Shown: piece by piece, positions 45,680 to 58,214 of the stretch | Layout of the letters: each line of letters begins with the position of its first letter | How positions within the stretch are numbered: position 1 is the first letter of the stretch | NCBI RefSeq assembly: GCF_011745625.1 | Contig: NW_027191475.1 | Coordinates: 186,001-250,000 of the forward strand | Length of the DNA: 64,000 nt | Direction of reading: 5' to 3' | From: Cladosporium halotolerans | Taxonomy: Eukaryota | Translations under genes and position numbers: made by a program | The notes under the pieces: generated by a model | Told to the model about the DNA's origin: nothing | What the model saw: only the letters and a program-made list of their open reading frames with translations | The model's database searches: none

Positions 45680-46460
45680 GAGCCGACGACCTTCTTTAGG
45701 TGTAAGGAAAGGGAATCGCTTTCTCAGTCATTGCGCTCGTGCCATCGTTGCCGGCAAAAAACTCAGAAATTTATCCATTGAGATTGACCTCTCACACGAA
45801 GGGCGAGCTCTCATGGCCTTTGCCGTCCTCAGAGCTCGTATCTTCGCTCGCCGTGATGAGAATGGGAGACAGCCTACTGAGCGGGCTCTCGCAAACGATA
45901 TAGAAGTCCTCGAGAATCTTTCCTTGCTTCTGTGCCCATGCCATCCTTACTAGCACAGTAGTTGGAGGATTAGCCACTGAGAGCGGCCTTGTACGGACAG
46001 ATGACTCATCCCATGCTCTATGCCCATACCTTCCTGGATAGTGATACAATTCGAGATTGGGCCTGTGAGAGCATTCTAGCAAGTGAAAGAAGAGTTGTGG
46101 AAACGTTCCCTGGCCGCCGTGCTCGTATACTCATTGGTCGATACCGGGATGAAGAGTGAGCCACTGAGAGCGAAGTGTGAACTCATCGGGGTCTCTTCAA
46201 ACCTCAGGACTAATGTCTTCGCTATGAGAGTTACCAACGGACTTGGCCCCATTGAGAGAAGTCTTGCGAATGTTCAAGATAATTGAGGACATCCCCTGGC
46301 CTTTGAGGTAGTACCCTCGCGAGTGGTAACAGAAACGGTGGCCGAGCCATTGAGAACAGCCTTAAGAAATTGAAAGATAATGATGGTATCTCCTGGCCTC
46401 TGAGCTCATACCATCGCTACCAGTGATAAAATCGGGCGATGAACCACTGAGAGAAGCAGA
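45680..46460. repeat. Highly degenerate non-coding tandem array, ~8 units of 88-101 bp
   Basis: CCAYTGAGA-like anchor at 45775, 45873, 45974, 46062, 46161, 46249, 46347 and 46444; second shared block CCTGGCCT..GWGCTCRTACCWTCGCT..AGTGATA. Confidence 0.75.
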
Positions 46461-46510
46461 ATTCACATTCATGGGTATCAACAGCTACGAACATCCTATT
46501 CCACCAATCA

Positions 46511-48232
46511 TCACCTACGTCTGGCGTCCTCGTGCGCGCGGACAGCCGCCGCAGCGCCGTTTGCACGGCCTGGCACGAACGGGTTGCCCCGTCCGCGCCC
46601 TCGCGGGCGATCTGCCTGCGGCAGCACATCCGCAAGCAGCGCCTCGCGGCCTGGCGCTGCGGCTCTTGGCGCATTATCCAGCGCCTGGTTCTCCTGAGGG
46701 CCGGGCCCCAGGACTTGGATCTCCTGCAACGGCTCTCGAGGCTCGTTGCGATGGCGCTGCAGCCGCGCCTCTTCTCCTTCCGGCATCTCGTTCTCGCCGT
46801 CCTCTTCGTCGTCGAACATCCAATCGCCTTCTGCGCGCGCAGCAGCCTCGATGTCCTGCCCATCCGCGTTACCTGGCCCGGCATCGGGGAAGGCGTCAAA
46901 CAGACGCTGATCGCACTGGGTGCCCGGCGAGTTGAAATGGCGGTACGGGTTCCCAGGATCGACCCAGCCGCCGCACAGGTAGCAGAAATGGCCGCCGCAC
47001 TGCACGCACGTCATGTGGTTGCAGCCCTCTGTCTTCTCCACAGGCGAAGTGCACTCTGGGCAGGATGTGGTGTTCTCAGCGATGAATTCGTACGAGGCCT
47101 TGTCTTCCGCCGAGAGCTCGTTAGGGTCACGCGGACGGCAGCGCTCGAACGAGCCGTGCCAGGATTTGAAGCAGACGCGGCAGAAGGCGAGCTTGCATTT
47201 CGGGTTCTCGCAGACGGCGAGGCGTTCGTCAGAGTCGGATGAGGGCTTCGAGGGATTTGGGGCTTGGGCGTCTGGCGACTCCGAGTCCGAGTCTGATTCG
47301 GGGTAGTCGTTCAGATCGGCTGGGATTGGTGGGAATTTGGCGTTGCGCGCTGGGTGTTGGCAATGCTCGCGTGGGCAATAGATGGTGTTCTTGTCGGATT
47401 CGAGGCGCTTCTTGCGCTTCATCTCAACGTAGCGACGAACTGTGGGCTCCTCCATGCCCATGGCAAGGAGCTCACGAGGGTGAAGTGGGCGTTGAGTCCT
47501 GCGAGCTCTCGGGCCTGGCAGATCTTTGCCGCATGATGGCTCGAGGCACTTCACAGCAGTGACGTTGCCCTCTTTGATAGCGTCGTTGAAGAAATCGTGA
47601 AGGCACTGCCGGCAAAAGACATGTCCGCAGCGTTCAAGTTGATAGCAAGATTCGCCGCTCTTCCGCTCGAGGCAGACGCCGCAGTCATAAGTACCAGCGT
47701 TGAAGATAGCAAGTTTTGCGGCCTTGTCGAAGTTGATGAGCGGTTGTTCGAGAGTATTGGGCAGCGTCAAGCATCCTGATGGACTCTGGTCGAGGTCGAA
47801 GCCGCGCTCGGCATCAACCTGCAAAAAGTCGATGTAGGCAAATATGATCTGGCACCGACCATAGTCGTCCCACAGATCAACGATCTGCTTTTCGAGCTCA
47901 CGAAGCTTCGTCGCAGGCAGCCAGTCATGGTCTGTGGCGAGATGTGCAGTTGGCGGCTTTTCGCTCGGGTAACCATCGGGTAGGTCGATCTTCAACTTGA
48001 GTGCCGGTAAGTGCGACAAGTGAAGATCGCGTTCGATGTACGCAGCGGCTCCGTCGCCGTTCGCCACAGGTTCAGAAAGTGTTGGTGGTGGTACGAAACG
48101 GATAAGAAGTGGTGATGATGGCGAGACTGGCAAGTCGATGGATGCAGACTCGCAGCCTTGAACGATGATTTCAGGGAAGATGGAGGACAGACTTGTCAGC
48201 TCCTCTTCACGGATTTCACCCGCATCGATCAT
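46511..48232 (-). CDS. RWD-RING-IBR-RING (RBR) E3 ubiquitin ligase, RNF14/Itt1-like
   Basis: RWD (REEELTSLSSIFP, LPDGYPSEKPP), RING1 CGVC..CGHVFCRQC, IBR YCPREHC..FCRVCFKSWHG, RING2 CPEC..EGCNHMTC..HFCYLC. Confidence 0.93.
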   Translation of the reverse strand: MIDAGEIREEELTSLSSIFPEIIVQGCESASIDLPVSPSSPLLIRFVPPPTLSEPVANGDGAAAYIERDLHLSHLPALKLKIDLPDGYPSEKPPTAHLATDHDWLPATKLRELEKQIVDLWDDYGRCQIIFAYIDFLQVDAERGFDLDQSPSGCLTLPNTLEQPLINFDKAAKLAIFNAGTYDCGVCLERKSGESCYQLERCGHVFCRQCLHDFFNDAIKEGNVTAVKCLEPSCGKDLPGPRARRTQRPLHPRELLAMGMEEPTVRRYVEMKRKKRLESDKNTIYCPREHCQHPARNAKFPPIPADLNDYPESDSDSESPDAQAPNPSKPSSDSDERLAVCENPKCKLAFCRVCFKSWHGSFERCRPRDPNELSAEDKASYEFIAENTTSCPECTSPVEKTEGCNHMTCVQCGGHFCYLCGGWVDPGNPYRHFNSPGTQCDQRLFDAFPDAGPGNADGQDIEAAARAEGDWMFDDEEDGENEMPEGEEARLQRHRNEPREPLQEIQVLGPGPQENQALDNAPRAAAPGREALLADVLPQADRPRGRGRGNPFVPGRANGAAAAVRAHEDARRR

Positions 48233-48675
48233 GTTTGCTGTGGCGTTCCGATGCCGAGTGAAGTCTGCGTGAATCCGTTGATTGTCGGGCTACGAGCCGA
48301 ACATGGTCGATGACGGCAAACAATGAGCGTCAGGCGCTCGTCGTGGAGTAACCTTCAGCCGTGATATGTTTTCGTTTGTCTTCAAGAATGAGACACCGTC
48401 ACTATTGTCGTCGCTCGAGTGTCGCAGAAAGGGAGATACCGCCGAAGCATTGCTGAGCAATATAGCGTGGCGTCGTGGCGAGGTCGGTGTTCTAGAAAGC
48501 GACGGGGACAGGGCAAAGTTCACTCCGGCATGGCAGCGGACCCAGAAGCCTGCGCCACTGGCTTCGGCTGTGATTCGCTTCGACCGCACCAGCAAGATTG
48601 CAAAGCTCGACAGCACAACATAGAGGTGTACAGGCCCATTCAGACGCCGACAACTCGGCGCAATCCTTCACCGAC

Positions 48676-49453
48676 ATGGATAGCCCGCCGCTGGCCTCAC
48701 TTTCTCTTACCCACGTTCACTACGACCCCACCTCGAAAATCTCTCATGCATGCGCCTATCTTGCCCTGGTCCCACAGGCCCTCTGCATTACATATGCGAC
48801 CCTCATATACTCGACGCGCGAGATGGAGGTCTTGCTCATGTTCGCGGGACAGATGGCATGCGAGGGACTGAACTGGGTGCTGAAGCGGTACATCAAAGAG
48901 GAGAGGCCGGCGCAGATGCTTGGGAAAGGATATGGAATGCCTAGCAGCCATGCCCAGTTCGTGGCTTTCTTCACTGTATATATTGGACTCTGGGTGGTCG
49001 TGAGACACGATCCATGGAAGGCGAACGAGAGCAAGACGCATGTTCCGACGCCAATGTGGCAGCGTGTCGGGCTGGCAATCGCGGCGATGGCTGGCGCCGC
49101 AGCTGTTGCGCAGAGCAGGATGTACGTTTCAAACCTCACTGTTGCAATGACACCCAGGGTGCTGACGAATACTCAGACATCTCAACTATCACACTCCGCG
49201 ACAAGTCTATGCGGGCTTTGCTGTCGGCTCTCTTTGCGGAGTTGCCTGGTTCGTTGCGACTGCCATCGCGAGACATCTCGGACTGGTCGATTACCTGCTT
49301 GACTTTGGACCGATACGGTGGCTGAGGATGCGTGATCTCCTTGTCAATGAAGACATGGTTGATGCAGGTTGGGAACGTTGGGAAGCAAGACGCCTTCACA
49401 GGCGTGGCTTTACAGCAAACGGCAATGCCGCACTACACATGAAATCCAAGTAG
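48676..49453 (+). CDS. CAX4: Dolichyldiphosphatase (PAP2 family); join(48676..49121,49177..49453)
   Basis: LSLTHVHYDP, KRYIKEERP, GYGMPSSHAQF; the intron restores SRIHLNYHTPRQV; C-terminal RMRDLLVNED. Confidence 0.92.
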
Positions 49454-52266
49454 ATATGTTGATACTGATCACGTAAATCGTCGTGTTGACTCAAAGTTCT
49501 GTCTGTGTATGCTGAGCTCATCGTTGACCAACTCAGTACTGTCGAGTCTGTCACAATCACAGGACATGTCAGACGGGAGGCGACATCAAGCCCTGTGAGT
49601 ATTGCCCTGCAAGCGTTCCCGTGATTTATGTTGGGCATAACATCTGCGAATCAAACGTACACCGATCCTGGCACAACTAGGGGATGTCTGCAAAAAGCCG
49701 TTACCTTGCCGCTGCAGGTCCCTGGTGAAACAGGCCCAGTCACTGCAGGTTTCCGCGCGTGCAGCGTAATGTCACAGCTCAAAATGCAAGCAATATCGCA
49801 ATCCTTTGCAGATGGTACCAATTTCCTGTTTTCGGTGACACGCTGCTTGGATGCAGCTTCTTGACCGCACAGCGTAGTTTGACCAAGGGTACGAATGAGC
49901 AGATTGCTGGGCGGCATGGGCCTCGCGTGTGACTTTCGGGGCCGATCGGACTTCAGTTCCTGTCACAGACCAGTCTGCGATTGATATGAGCTGCACAATC
50001 ACCACTATCCGAAGCTTTCGCAACATCGACAGAACGAAGCACTCGGCTACTCAAGCCACGCCAGCGCATGCCTTGGTAGCATGCTTTGATATCGGAGAGC
50101 GATTGAAAGCTGCCCATCGGTACATCGCAGGACCGCATTACCCCGAGAGCAAGAGCAAGAGCAAAGTATCTACACATTGACTCCGCGATTGTATGTTGCG
50201 CCGGAAGAGATGGTCGACTGCACCGGATGGGCTGCAGTCGAAGGATACGACACACTGCGTACCAGGCGAGTGTCGTCGTCGGCGAAGAGGAGGGCATATC
50301 GAGGACTACGCTGAGCGGATCGTAATCCTCCAAATTCCATATTGCGCTCCTTTAGACGTATACTTGGAGGAGAATACATCTACCATTCAAGGCAAGCATT
50401 CTCCCTTCGAAGTATTGTTCAGCGGGGTGTGTTCACGTCATCAGGGCATTCCTCGCGGTGTTGAACCACGAGGATAGCCACAGTCCATGCCTTTCCATGA
50501 ATACGCCTCCATGGGGATCGTCCAGAGCGATCGCCTGGTCGACTTACAATCAGGCCCTTCGTAAAGTAAAAATCTCCTTGCTGTGACCTTGCAGCGGCAC
50601 AATGCCTGCTTGAATGACCGCAAGGCCCGGCCTGGGTAGTCACACAGCGCGCGAGCATGCGGGCAGACCCCCTGAGGGCTCCTCCTTAGAACTCCCCACC
50701 CTGCGTAGAGGCCTTCCCGCCAGCGTACTATTGAATGTCTCGTTACTTCCGCTCGCAAGAGGTGGGAGGTCCCGCCGACGGGACGCGTGCCAAGAATTTG
50801 GTCTGGCGGGAGGTATAAATATTTTTCTTTCCTCGCCAACCTTCTCAAATCTTCTTCCCCATCAGCAATTGCAGCCAGGGCCAGCCACACCCCTTGGTCG
50901 CAGCTGGCATACAATTTTTGGAACCCCATCGGTTGGCTCTGCCTTCCACACATCTACTTTTTCATCAATCCATTGGCTTCAGCCAGTGCTTGGAGAAGAA
51001 GCTGTCGTATTCATGTAGTGTGTTCGTATCGTGCAGTACCTATTGTGATGTTGTTGTGTTCTTCTTGTCGTGTTTTCGGCGGCGTCGGGCGCGGTATGGG
51101 TCAGGTCGCCAGGCGTACGAGGGCACATAGGGCCACGTAGAGAGATGGCGGCATCATGGCGCTCCCACACTGGTGATTGTGACTGTAGCCTTGATGTTCG
51201 TGGTAAGCATTGTGCTTGACCTCGTCGTCGCCGCCGCCGCCGCCGCCGCCGTCGTCGCCGCGGGCGGCGCCCAGGTGTTGCGCCGGCTTCAGTCCCACGG
51301 GTTGCCAAAAGAGCTCCCTCACCTGTAACCATCCGGAGGACCTCAAAAGCGACAGGAGAATTCGCTAGTGCTCCCAAGAAGTCGTTACGATGATTTGGTT
51401 GTTCACCATGTTGACCTCCTCCTAATGTTTGGGCACCGAGCTGCAACGCACGCTGACAATCAAGGTCTCCCGAGTCTGACACCTTACTCAGCTCGGCCAC
51501 ACCACATCGACCACACGCCAGGAGGCTACCGTCAGGGCCCTATACCGTGCTCAACGAGCTCTTAAGATGAGCCGGCTCCCGTCACTCCTTACGAGCAACA
51601 CCCATGAGACTCCCAGTCTCCATCGTCACCTAGCCTTTGAGGCGGCCCAGCACGAGTTGGAGAGAGCACGCGCCCACGACATCATTGCCAAACCCCGGAA
51701 GAGGCTTGAGCCTAGCAAGAGCATGGACGACGGGAGAATACTTCGCGCAACATTGGCGGCGAGCCTTTGGCTGGCAAGCACAACACCGACTTGATGGCCG
51801 AAGCTTGGGTCGCCACAGCCCACGATGTCGAGGTGGATGATTCTGCGAACACCATCGAGCATTGTGAACTCCTTGCGCTCTCGTAGAGAGATGTCAAAGT
51901 CCGATGGAAGGACGGTTTGAGCAGGGCGCCAATGCAGGAGCATCAATCTCTGACCGCTGCGTAAGATGGCATCGCTCGCTCGCCCGCTCGCAAGCACGGT
52001 ACTATTCTGGCGAATGCGGCAAGGTCCATGCCTTCAGCCAGCAATCATAGACAGAAGGTGCCACTCGAACCACTCATCGAGGCAATTTCATTGAGCCTCA
52101 AGCGGCAAAGAACTGTTCGAGAACAGGCTCATAGAACACGGCACTGGTCACCATCCTCGAAATCGCCACCAGCGGTCTGCCTGCATGCCGGACTGAGCAT
52201 GGGTAAACAGACTTTTCGGCACATCCTGGACAATTCCTTGCAAGCGGAAGACGACTCGGTCGTCAG

Positions 52267-52910
52267 TTAACGAGGCGGCCATTCTCGGAAACGTAGCGAC
52301 GGTCGGTATCTCGGGACACCGATGGTTGTAAGAGGAAGGTTATGCTCGATGCTGCAATGATACCAATCTTCCAGGAGAAAGGTAGCCGCGAGGAGACCTG
52401 CGTCCGGCAGAACCCGTGTAACCCGGTGTGAACAACCTTGGAGACCATTCATTGCCGGCACAAGCTAGTTGATGCGGCGGCTTTCTCAGAGCCTGAGCAA
52501 TTGCGTCTTCGAGCAATCGAATATTTCCATGCTCGCGAACAAGATCGCCAAAAGAATTACTCCGAGATGGCATGGGAGGGGTCCTTAGGCCATGCTTCCA
52601 GTAGCACCAGAGAGCTCCTTGATCACACTGATCGCATGATAATAATTTCCAGCGTCCGCGGCCTCCAGTGGGGTATCCTAGTTCCCATAGAAAGAATCCA
52701 GAGTCTCCAGCATTTCAGCCTCATATTGTCGTTCAATCGGATATGAACAAACATTCGTACGAAGACAGCCACTGTGATTCTTCACCATTCAACGACCTCC
52801 AAACGGCGTATTTGGAGGACCAGGAACTAGATGCTTCAATGGCGTGATGGCGCTAGGAAATCCATGTCCAGCAGGAAGGGCACAGTCTCCGTCCAAATGA
52901 CTGCCTGCAA
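52267..52910 (-). pseudogene. Possible decayed fungal Zn-cluster transcription-factor middle-domain relic
   Basis: Minus-strand translation gives IWTETVP, then NYYHAISVIKELS..LGVILLAILFASMEIFD in a frame broken by TAG, TAA and TGA stops. Confidence 0.3.
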
Positions 52911-55112
52911 ACTGGCCGATTATCACTAGACCTTCGCCAGACCACCCAGTCCCAGCCGGAAGACACGGTGTACCCCTATACAGTCGAGAAACCGACACAA
53001 GAGCTTCGTGAACCAGGTTTGAGGCTGTCAATCTACTGAGACCCTCTCTGACTCGGCCGTGCCGAATTTGCGCTGCCGCCGACAACGTTCGTGAAAGTTT
53101 GTTATCTGAGTGCGACATTCGCTATCCTCCTCTTGGGTCAGATGGTGTGCCGATGGAGGCGAACATCTGCGGTAGCGAAGCGATTGTGGCGACTATTGGT
53201 GGTAATCTCCACAGGCAAACACCTTTGGAAACGCCAGAGCCGGTGGCGATTACAGTACGCATTCCCGCCTACAGTCTGGAGTATTGTTGCTCCACATGAC
53301 AGATACGGTTGATAGACCCGGCGTCCAGTCACGGGCTGTTGGCGCAGTGTGAGAGATGGTGGAGCGCACTGCAATCTTTTCGAGCATCCTCCTTCGTGGC
53401 CCTCGGATCCCAATCTTCACCTCCAGATCATACGGTGAATCGAGGAGTCGTCCAGACGCGAACCACACTAGGTTGCGGAGGGTAGTCGCTTGTAAGTGTC
53501 CGCCCCCACCTTCTCGCTCTGGCATCTTGCTTGACTTTGTGGTTTTGGTCAAGACGCAGATCTGGTGAACCTGTGGCTAATGTTGAGTGTCGCTCGACGC
53601 AGAGCGCGTCAGCTGTAAGTCTATGAACCAGGTACGGGTTCAAAGTGTCGGAAAGGATTCGGCCTTCTCTTCGAAAGGGTTGAGAGCCTTATGATGCCCT
53701 GATGTTGTTGAGCCATCGGTCGCGCCATCGGGACCCGCTTGTTCGCCGGCCGGAAACAACCCTTGGTCATGGGCCGACTGCTGTTCAAGACGTGTCGTTG
53801 AGATTGAAGACCTACGACTCTGGTGCGTTGAACTGCTTCTATGTCAGCGTCAGCGCTAGCGCCGTGCCTTCAGGTCAGTGGACGGCTGCCGGGTAGCGTA
53901 GCCGTCAATAACAGCATAGGATCTGTCCGGCTGCTCATTTGGGACAACGGAGCATTGTCATGCGTCCTTCAGCACCCTCATGCTTGTGTCGTAGGTCGAT
54001 GCCGTCCGGCCTACCTGGTTGATCTCGGTGCACGCATCCGCTTGGCGCGAGCCGCGAAGAGGCCGTGTCGTAACCCAGTCGACTGTCGATCCAGGCTTCA
54101 TTGTTCACTGTTCGGCTATGCTTGATGGCCATGCTGCTATCGACCAGGTGGCCTGCTGTGCCGGTGGGATGATGAGGGGATGGAGAGTGTGGCGGTGACG
54201 GGCGAAAGGCGCAGGTGAAGTCGGAAATTGGAAGCGGAGGCAACGCGTGGGGGCTGCCGGCAGTCATCACAGGTCCCCCCTCTTCGCCGACTCCCAGATC
54301 ACCAACACATGCGTTCCATCACGAGAACCTGCTCATCAACTGTAGAACACCCTCGCGCCCGAAGCAATGCAATCTCGCGGTTCAGAGCTGGACACGGAAC
54401 AGGTCATGGACACGCGAGCAAGCACCGAGGGCGGCGATTCAGTGGCTTCGCTATCGATCGCCGCGTCGAACGCGAGTGACTGCATGCCACAGCCAGATGA
54501 CGGTGCAGCGCTCAAGTTCGGCATAGCATCGACTTCTAGCACTTTGACGCCGCCCTACTAAACATTGTCACGCCCAGTCAAACTCCACAACATTCAAGTA
54601 CCCCTTGTACCCCTTGCTTGTCGGTCCTGACCTCGGCGGGGGCTCTGCTGCCAACTTCTTGTTCTTGACGAGAAAGGCACAAACTCTTGCGTTGCGGAGC
54701 GGACAGCCTCAGACTGGTCAAAACGCTCGGATCTTGCCCAACACTGTCCATTCTTACACCACCGAAGCGCATCAACCTGGGCATGTGGCCATGGCAATCA
54801 ACATAATCCTCGCGTTCGTAATGCTCTGAGCAAGAGGGATCTGGTCTTGGGCAACAGGTCCGGGGCAGAAAGTGATGGACTAAGGCAGTTCGGCCTGACA
54901 GAAAAAGGTTTGGAGAAGATGTTACACCGTTTCTCGTCACAATACTTCAGAAGAAGGGCAACCGACATCGCCACATGATTGCATTACTGAGAGTTTCTAG
55001 TGAGCACATAGCCCGCAGAAACTTTCCTCGCCGACAGGGAAAAGACTCAAAGTACCTGCACTTGAAAGATAACTCCCTTGCAAACCCAACCCACAAAGCA
55101 AAATCGAACATA

Positions 55113-56117
55113 TCAGAAAAACATCGGTCTCAGCCTCGCAGCCCCAGCAGCGCTCGTATGAGTAGCCACCTCAGTCTTGGTCACCCAAGAAGTAGGCAAC
55201 GCAGTCACATGAGAAAGTGACCCTAGAACTGCTTTCACAGCTTCTTCGGTAAGGATCCCCGGCATTCTGGTAAAAGACGTGCTTGCATTCGATGTTGTCG
55301 AGCTGCTCGCGGAAGAATTTGCGCTGCTGCTCGGCTGCGCAGTCTCGCAGCTCACGCCCTCCTGGTTCACGTACTTGCCGCCGCCGAAATGCTTGACGCT
55401 GTCGTAGTGACAGTATACTGAGGGTGTCGGAGTTGGTTTCGGGGAGGGGCTGCTTTCCTGGACAACGTAGAGCCATGGCGTGCCAACGTCTTGGCCAGTA
55501 GGCATGGGGGCATTCGGCGGATTACCGAGCATGGGACCGTCTGGGGCCGCTTCGAATATTATCGTGTCGTCATATGCCTTGTTGCCAGATTGGCCTTGTC
55601 TCAAAGTCGTGTCGGCGATCGAAGCATACAGTGTCGTGGTGGCGGTGCCCGTTGGGACGGAGGATGAATATGCTGGCTGGGGCATTGATGACGTGCTGAC
55701 AGTGTATATTGGTGTAGATGACATCGGAAGAGAGCCCCCAGTCTGCCATCCCGCGGACGCATTAGTCGGAACTGGAGTCGCCGCGAATGTTGTTGCTGTT
55801 GGACTACTCGAGGTAATAAATCCGGCCGTCGACATGAAAGACGCCACTGTGCTTACTTGTCTCAAGTCTGCGGCATTTGGATTAACGACCGCAGAGTCGA
55901 ATTCCTCGTCTGACAGAGTGGTCCAGCTGGCCATGCTTGGATCGCTCCAGACCTGAGAATACTGAGCCAAGTCTAGGCCAACTGTCGAAGATGTGGTGCG
56001 CTTGACATGTAAGCCGTTCCGAGTGGTGAGCTTATGGCGGTCCATAATAGAAGGATTGCTTGCTATGGCACCATCAGCAGTGCTCAAACACCAGAGAGCA
56101 AATCGTAGTTTGGCCAT
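55113..56117 (-). CDS. Ser/Thr-rich, probably secreted or cell-surface protein
   Basis: 334-aa ORF; signal-like N-terminus, KR site, S/T-rich tracts, acaATGG context, upstream TATA box. Confidence 0.6.
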   Translation of the reverse strand: MAKLRFALWCLSTADGAIASNPSIMDRHKLTTRNGLHVKRTTSSTVGLDLAQYSQVWSDPSMASWTTLSDEEFDSAVVNPNAADLRQVSTVASFMSTAGFITSSSPTATTFAATPVPTNASAGWQTGGSLPMSSTPIYTVSTSSMPQPAYSSSVPTGTATTTLYASIADTTLRQGQSGNKAYDDTIIFEAAPDGPMLGNPPNAPMPTGQDVGTPWLYVVQESSPSPKPTPTPSVYCHYDSVKHFGGGKYVNQEGVSCETAQPSSSANSSASSSTTSNASTSFTRMPGILTEEAVKAVLGSLSHVTALPTSWVTKTEVATHTSAAGAARLRPMFF

Positions 56118-56263
56118 TGTGAGTTGACTGTTTTTCAGTGGTAAGATTGAGTTGTGGAGGGTACTGCTGATTTTGCCTCAACTGTTGCTTGAACCCTCGG
56201 TGGTATCAATTTTGCGCTTGAGAGTGAGTATCGAGCAGTGTCGTCAACGGAAACAGCAAGCCC

Positions 56264-56271
56264 TTTATATA
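56264..56271 (-). promoter_or_regulatory. TATA box
   Basis: TATATAAA on the minus strand ~150 bp upstream of the ATG at 56117. Confidence 0.6.
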
Positions 56272-58053
56272 GTCGCAGATGGATCCAATGGTAGAAAGGT
56301 CGTTCGGTTTCCAATTAGAGCGTGAGCATGCTTCCCTCCTTCTCAGAAGGGGAAGAACTTGGTAGAATCTTGTATTGGAACGTCATGCCAATGGTGGAAG
56401 CGTGAGCGAACGTCGCAATCATTCTCGCCTCCTACAGTCGGCACTGGAAGTCCATGGATCCTTTCTCCGCAGCCAAAGCTATCACTTGCCACATCGACCG
56501 TGATGGAGCTGCGCAGGACAGGCACGTAGCTACAGCGATAGGTTGTTCTCATGGGTGCAACTGGGAAATGCTCAGTACAGATTTTTCTGTATGTCACTAT
56601 AGGGAAGCCACCGTGTTCTCAGCTGCAACAGCAAAAACCTGGATCACGGACAAGACCAAGAACGTGACGAAATCAATGCTCGAAAAGATACCCTCTTAGA
56701 GAGACTGACGTGCGATTTTCATTCGGGGCGTGAGAGACCCACGCCAAAGGTTCAGGCTCCGTCCAGGCACAAAGAAGAGCAAATCACATGAGAAGCCAAG
56801 TAGGAGAACATCGAAGGAGCGTTAACAGCCCAAACCATCGTGCTGTGACGGAACATTGACCTCGCAGATAAGCGAAACCGATACGGACTGTGTACGGGTA
56901 CCCTCAACCAAGCTGTCGGCTCGCTATCACAAATTCATAAAGCTGTTAAGGAGTTGTTGTGGAGTTGCAGCTCGCTTCGAGCTCTCATAACATGCTCTGG
57001 TATAGCCATCCATTGTGGAGTCGTAGCTCGGGTGCGAGGTACGAGCGGACCCGAGAGATGCCGCCGCGGAGCCGGCACCATTCCTCCTATTATGAGCCAG
57101 GAACGGCAGACAAACACACATGCCACCATCGTGCTCGCATCCAAATTGTAATAATGTTCACTCGGGGCTTCTGAGACGGTAGGTACCTTAGCGATCATCA
57201 ACGAACTGGCTGATCCTTGAGAAAGAAGCGTCGGGTCGGGTCGGCGCGGCAGATCCTCCTTGACAGGTCTTCTCCGAGAAACGTCCTCCACCGGTGTTCT
57301 GTGTCTGTCGCACAACGCTCATCGTCCCTTTCGACGTCTGTTCATGGCTACAAGTCAGGAAATTTCTTGAGATCCATCGACCTGTGTCTTGCCAACGACC
57401 ATTCTTCCAGCTTGCTGAGTTTCTTGCGCGACGAGGTTGTCGAAAGCTTTACTGACTGTTTGATGCAGCCTGCCGGATCGACGTGCCGTGCCCTTGGCAG
57501 AGCCTGTAACCCCATGCTCCGTATTTAGACGCTTGTGCCATAGCGCACATGCCAGTTGCCGGGTGGATACTAGTAGCACAGGACTGTCGTATCCCAATTC
57601 AATGCATCCGGTCCGTTGCGGAGAAATGGATGTCCACTCCAACCACGTGCATTACCTCACTGCTCTCGGGACATGCTAGATCCATCGCGGCGACATATGA
57701 CTCCTGTAACGCGAAAGCCTTCGATAGAATCAGGCTCGCCAAATCGCGATCACTTGGCTACTATTGATCATATCGTTTCCAGACCCTCGGCTCGGTCTCC
57801 GAGCTGCTAAGGATCGAACAAGGGAGGGTAGATACAGCCAGCCGTTACCTGAACACAGCGCTTGGCCATCCGACGCCTATAGGTACGTGCTGCATATCGA
57901 GCCAACGTTTGCCAGCACGCGAGTAACTATGTTGCCCTAAATCCCCATACGAGGTTGCCCAAAGCAGATCCACCTCCAGCTATTGCCCCTTTCCTAAATC
58001 GACGCCGAGAACCTGCGGCGGAGACTGGAGTTGAACGAGGCTATGTGCCAATG

Positions 58054-58059
58054 TATAAA
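58054..58059 (+). promoter_or_regulatory. TATA box
   Basis: TATAAA ~160 bp upstream of the ATG at 58215, followed by a CT-rich leader. Confidence 0.6.
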
Positions 58060-58214
58060 GGTAGGCTCCTTGCGCAGTCAGACACCAGCAGATCATCGCA
58101 TTCAAACGCTCCAACGTTCACCAACAGCTTCTTCACGCTCTCTTTCAACGTTCTCTTACACTCTTTAATATCACACTCGTTTGTATCACGCTCGTTTCGT
58201 CCAACTCAATCACC

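Noticed and set aside
45680..46460. CRISPR-like or ankyrin interpretation of the periodic array
   Set aside because: Repeats are too degenerate, there are no cas genes and the DNA is eukaryotic. One unit reads DENGRQP..A..LLL (ankyrin-like) but spacing and frame are not maintained.
51626..51997. Hydrophobic minus-strand ORF, possibly an MFS transporter relic
   Set aside because: Resemblance too weak to support without a search.
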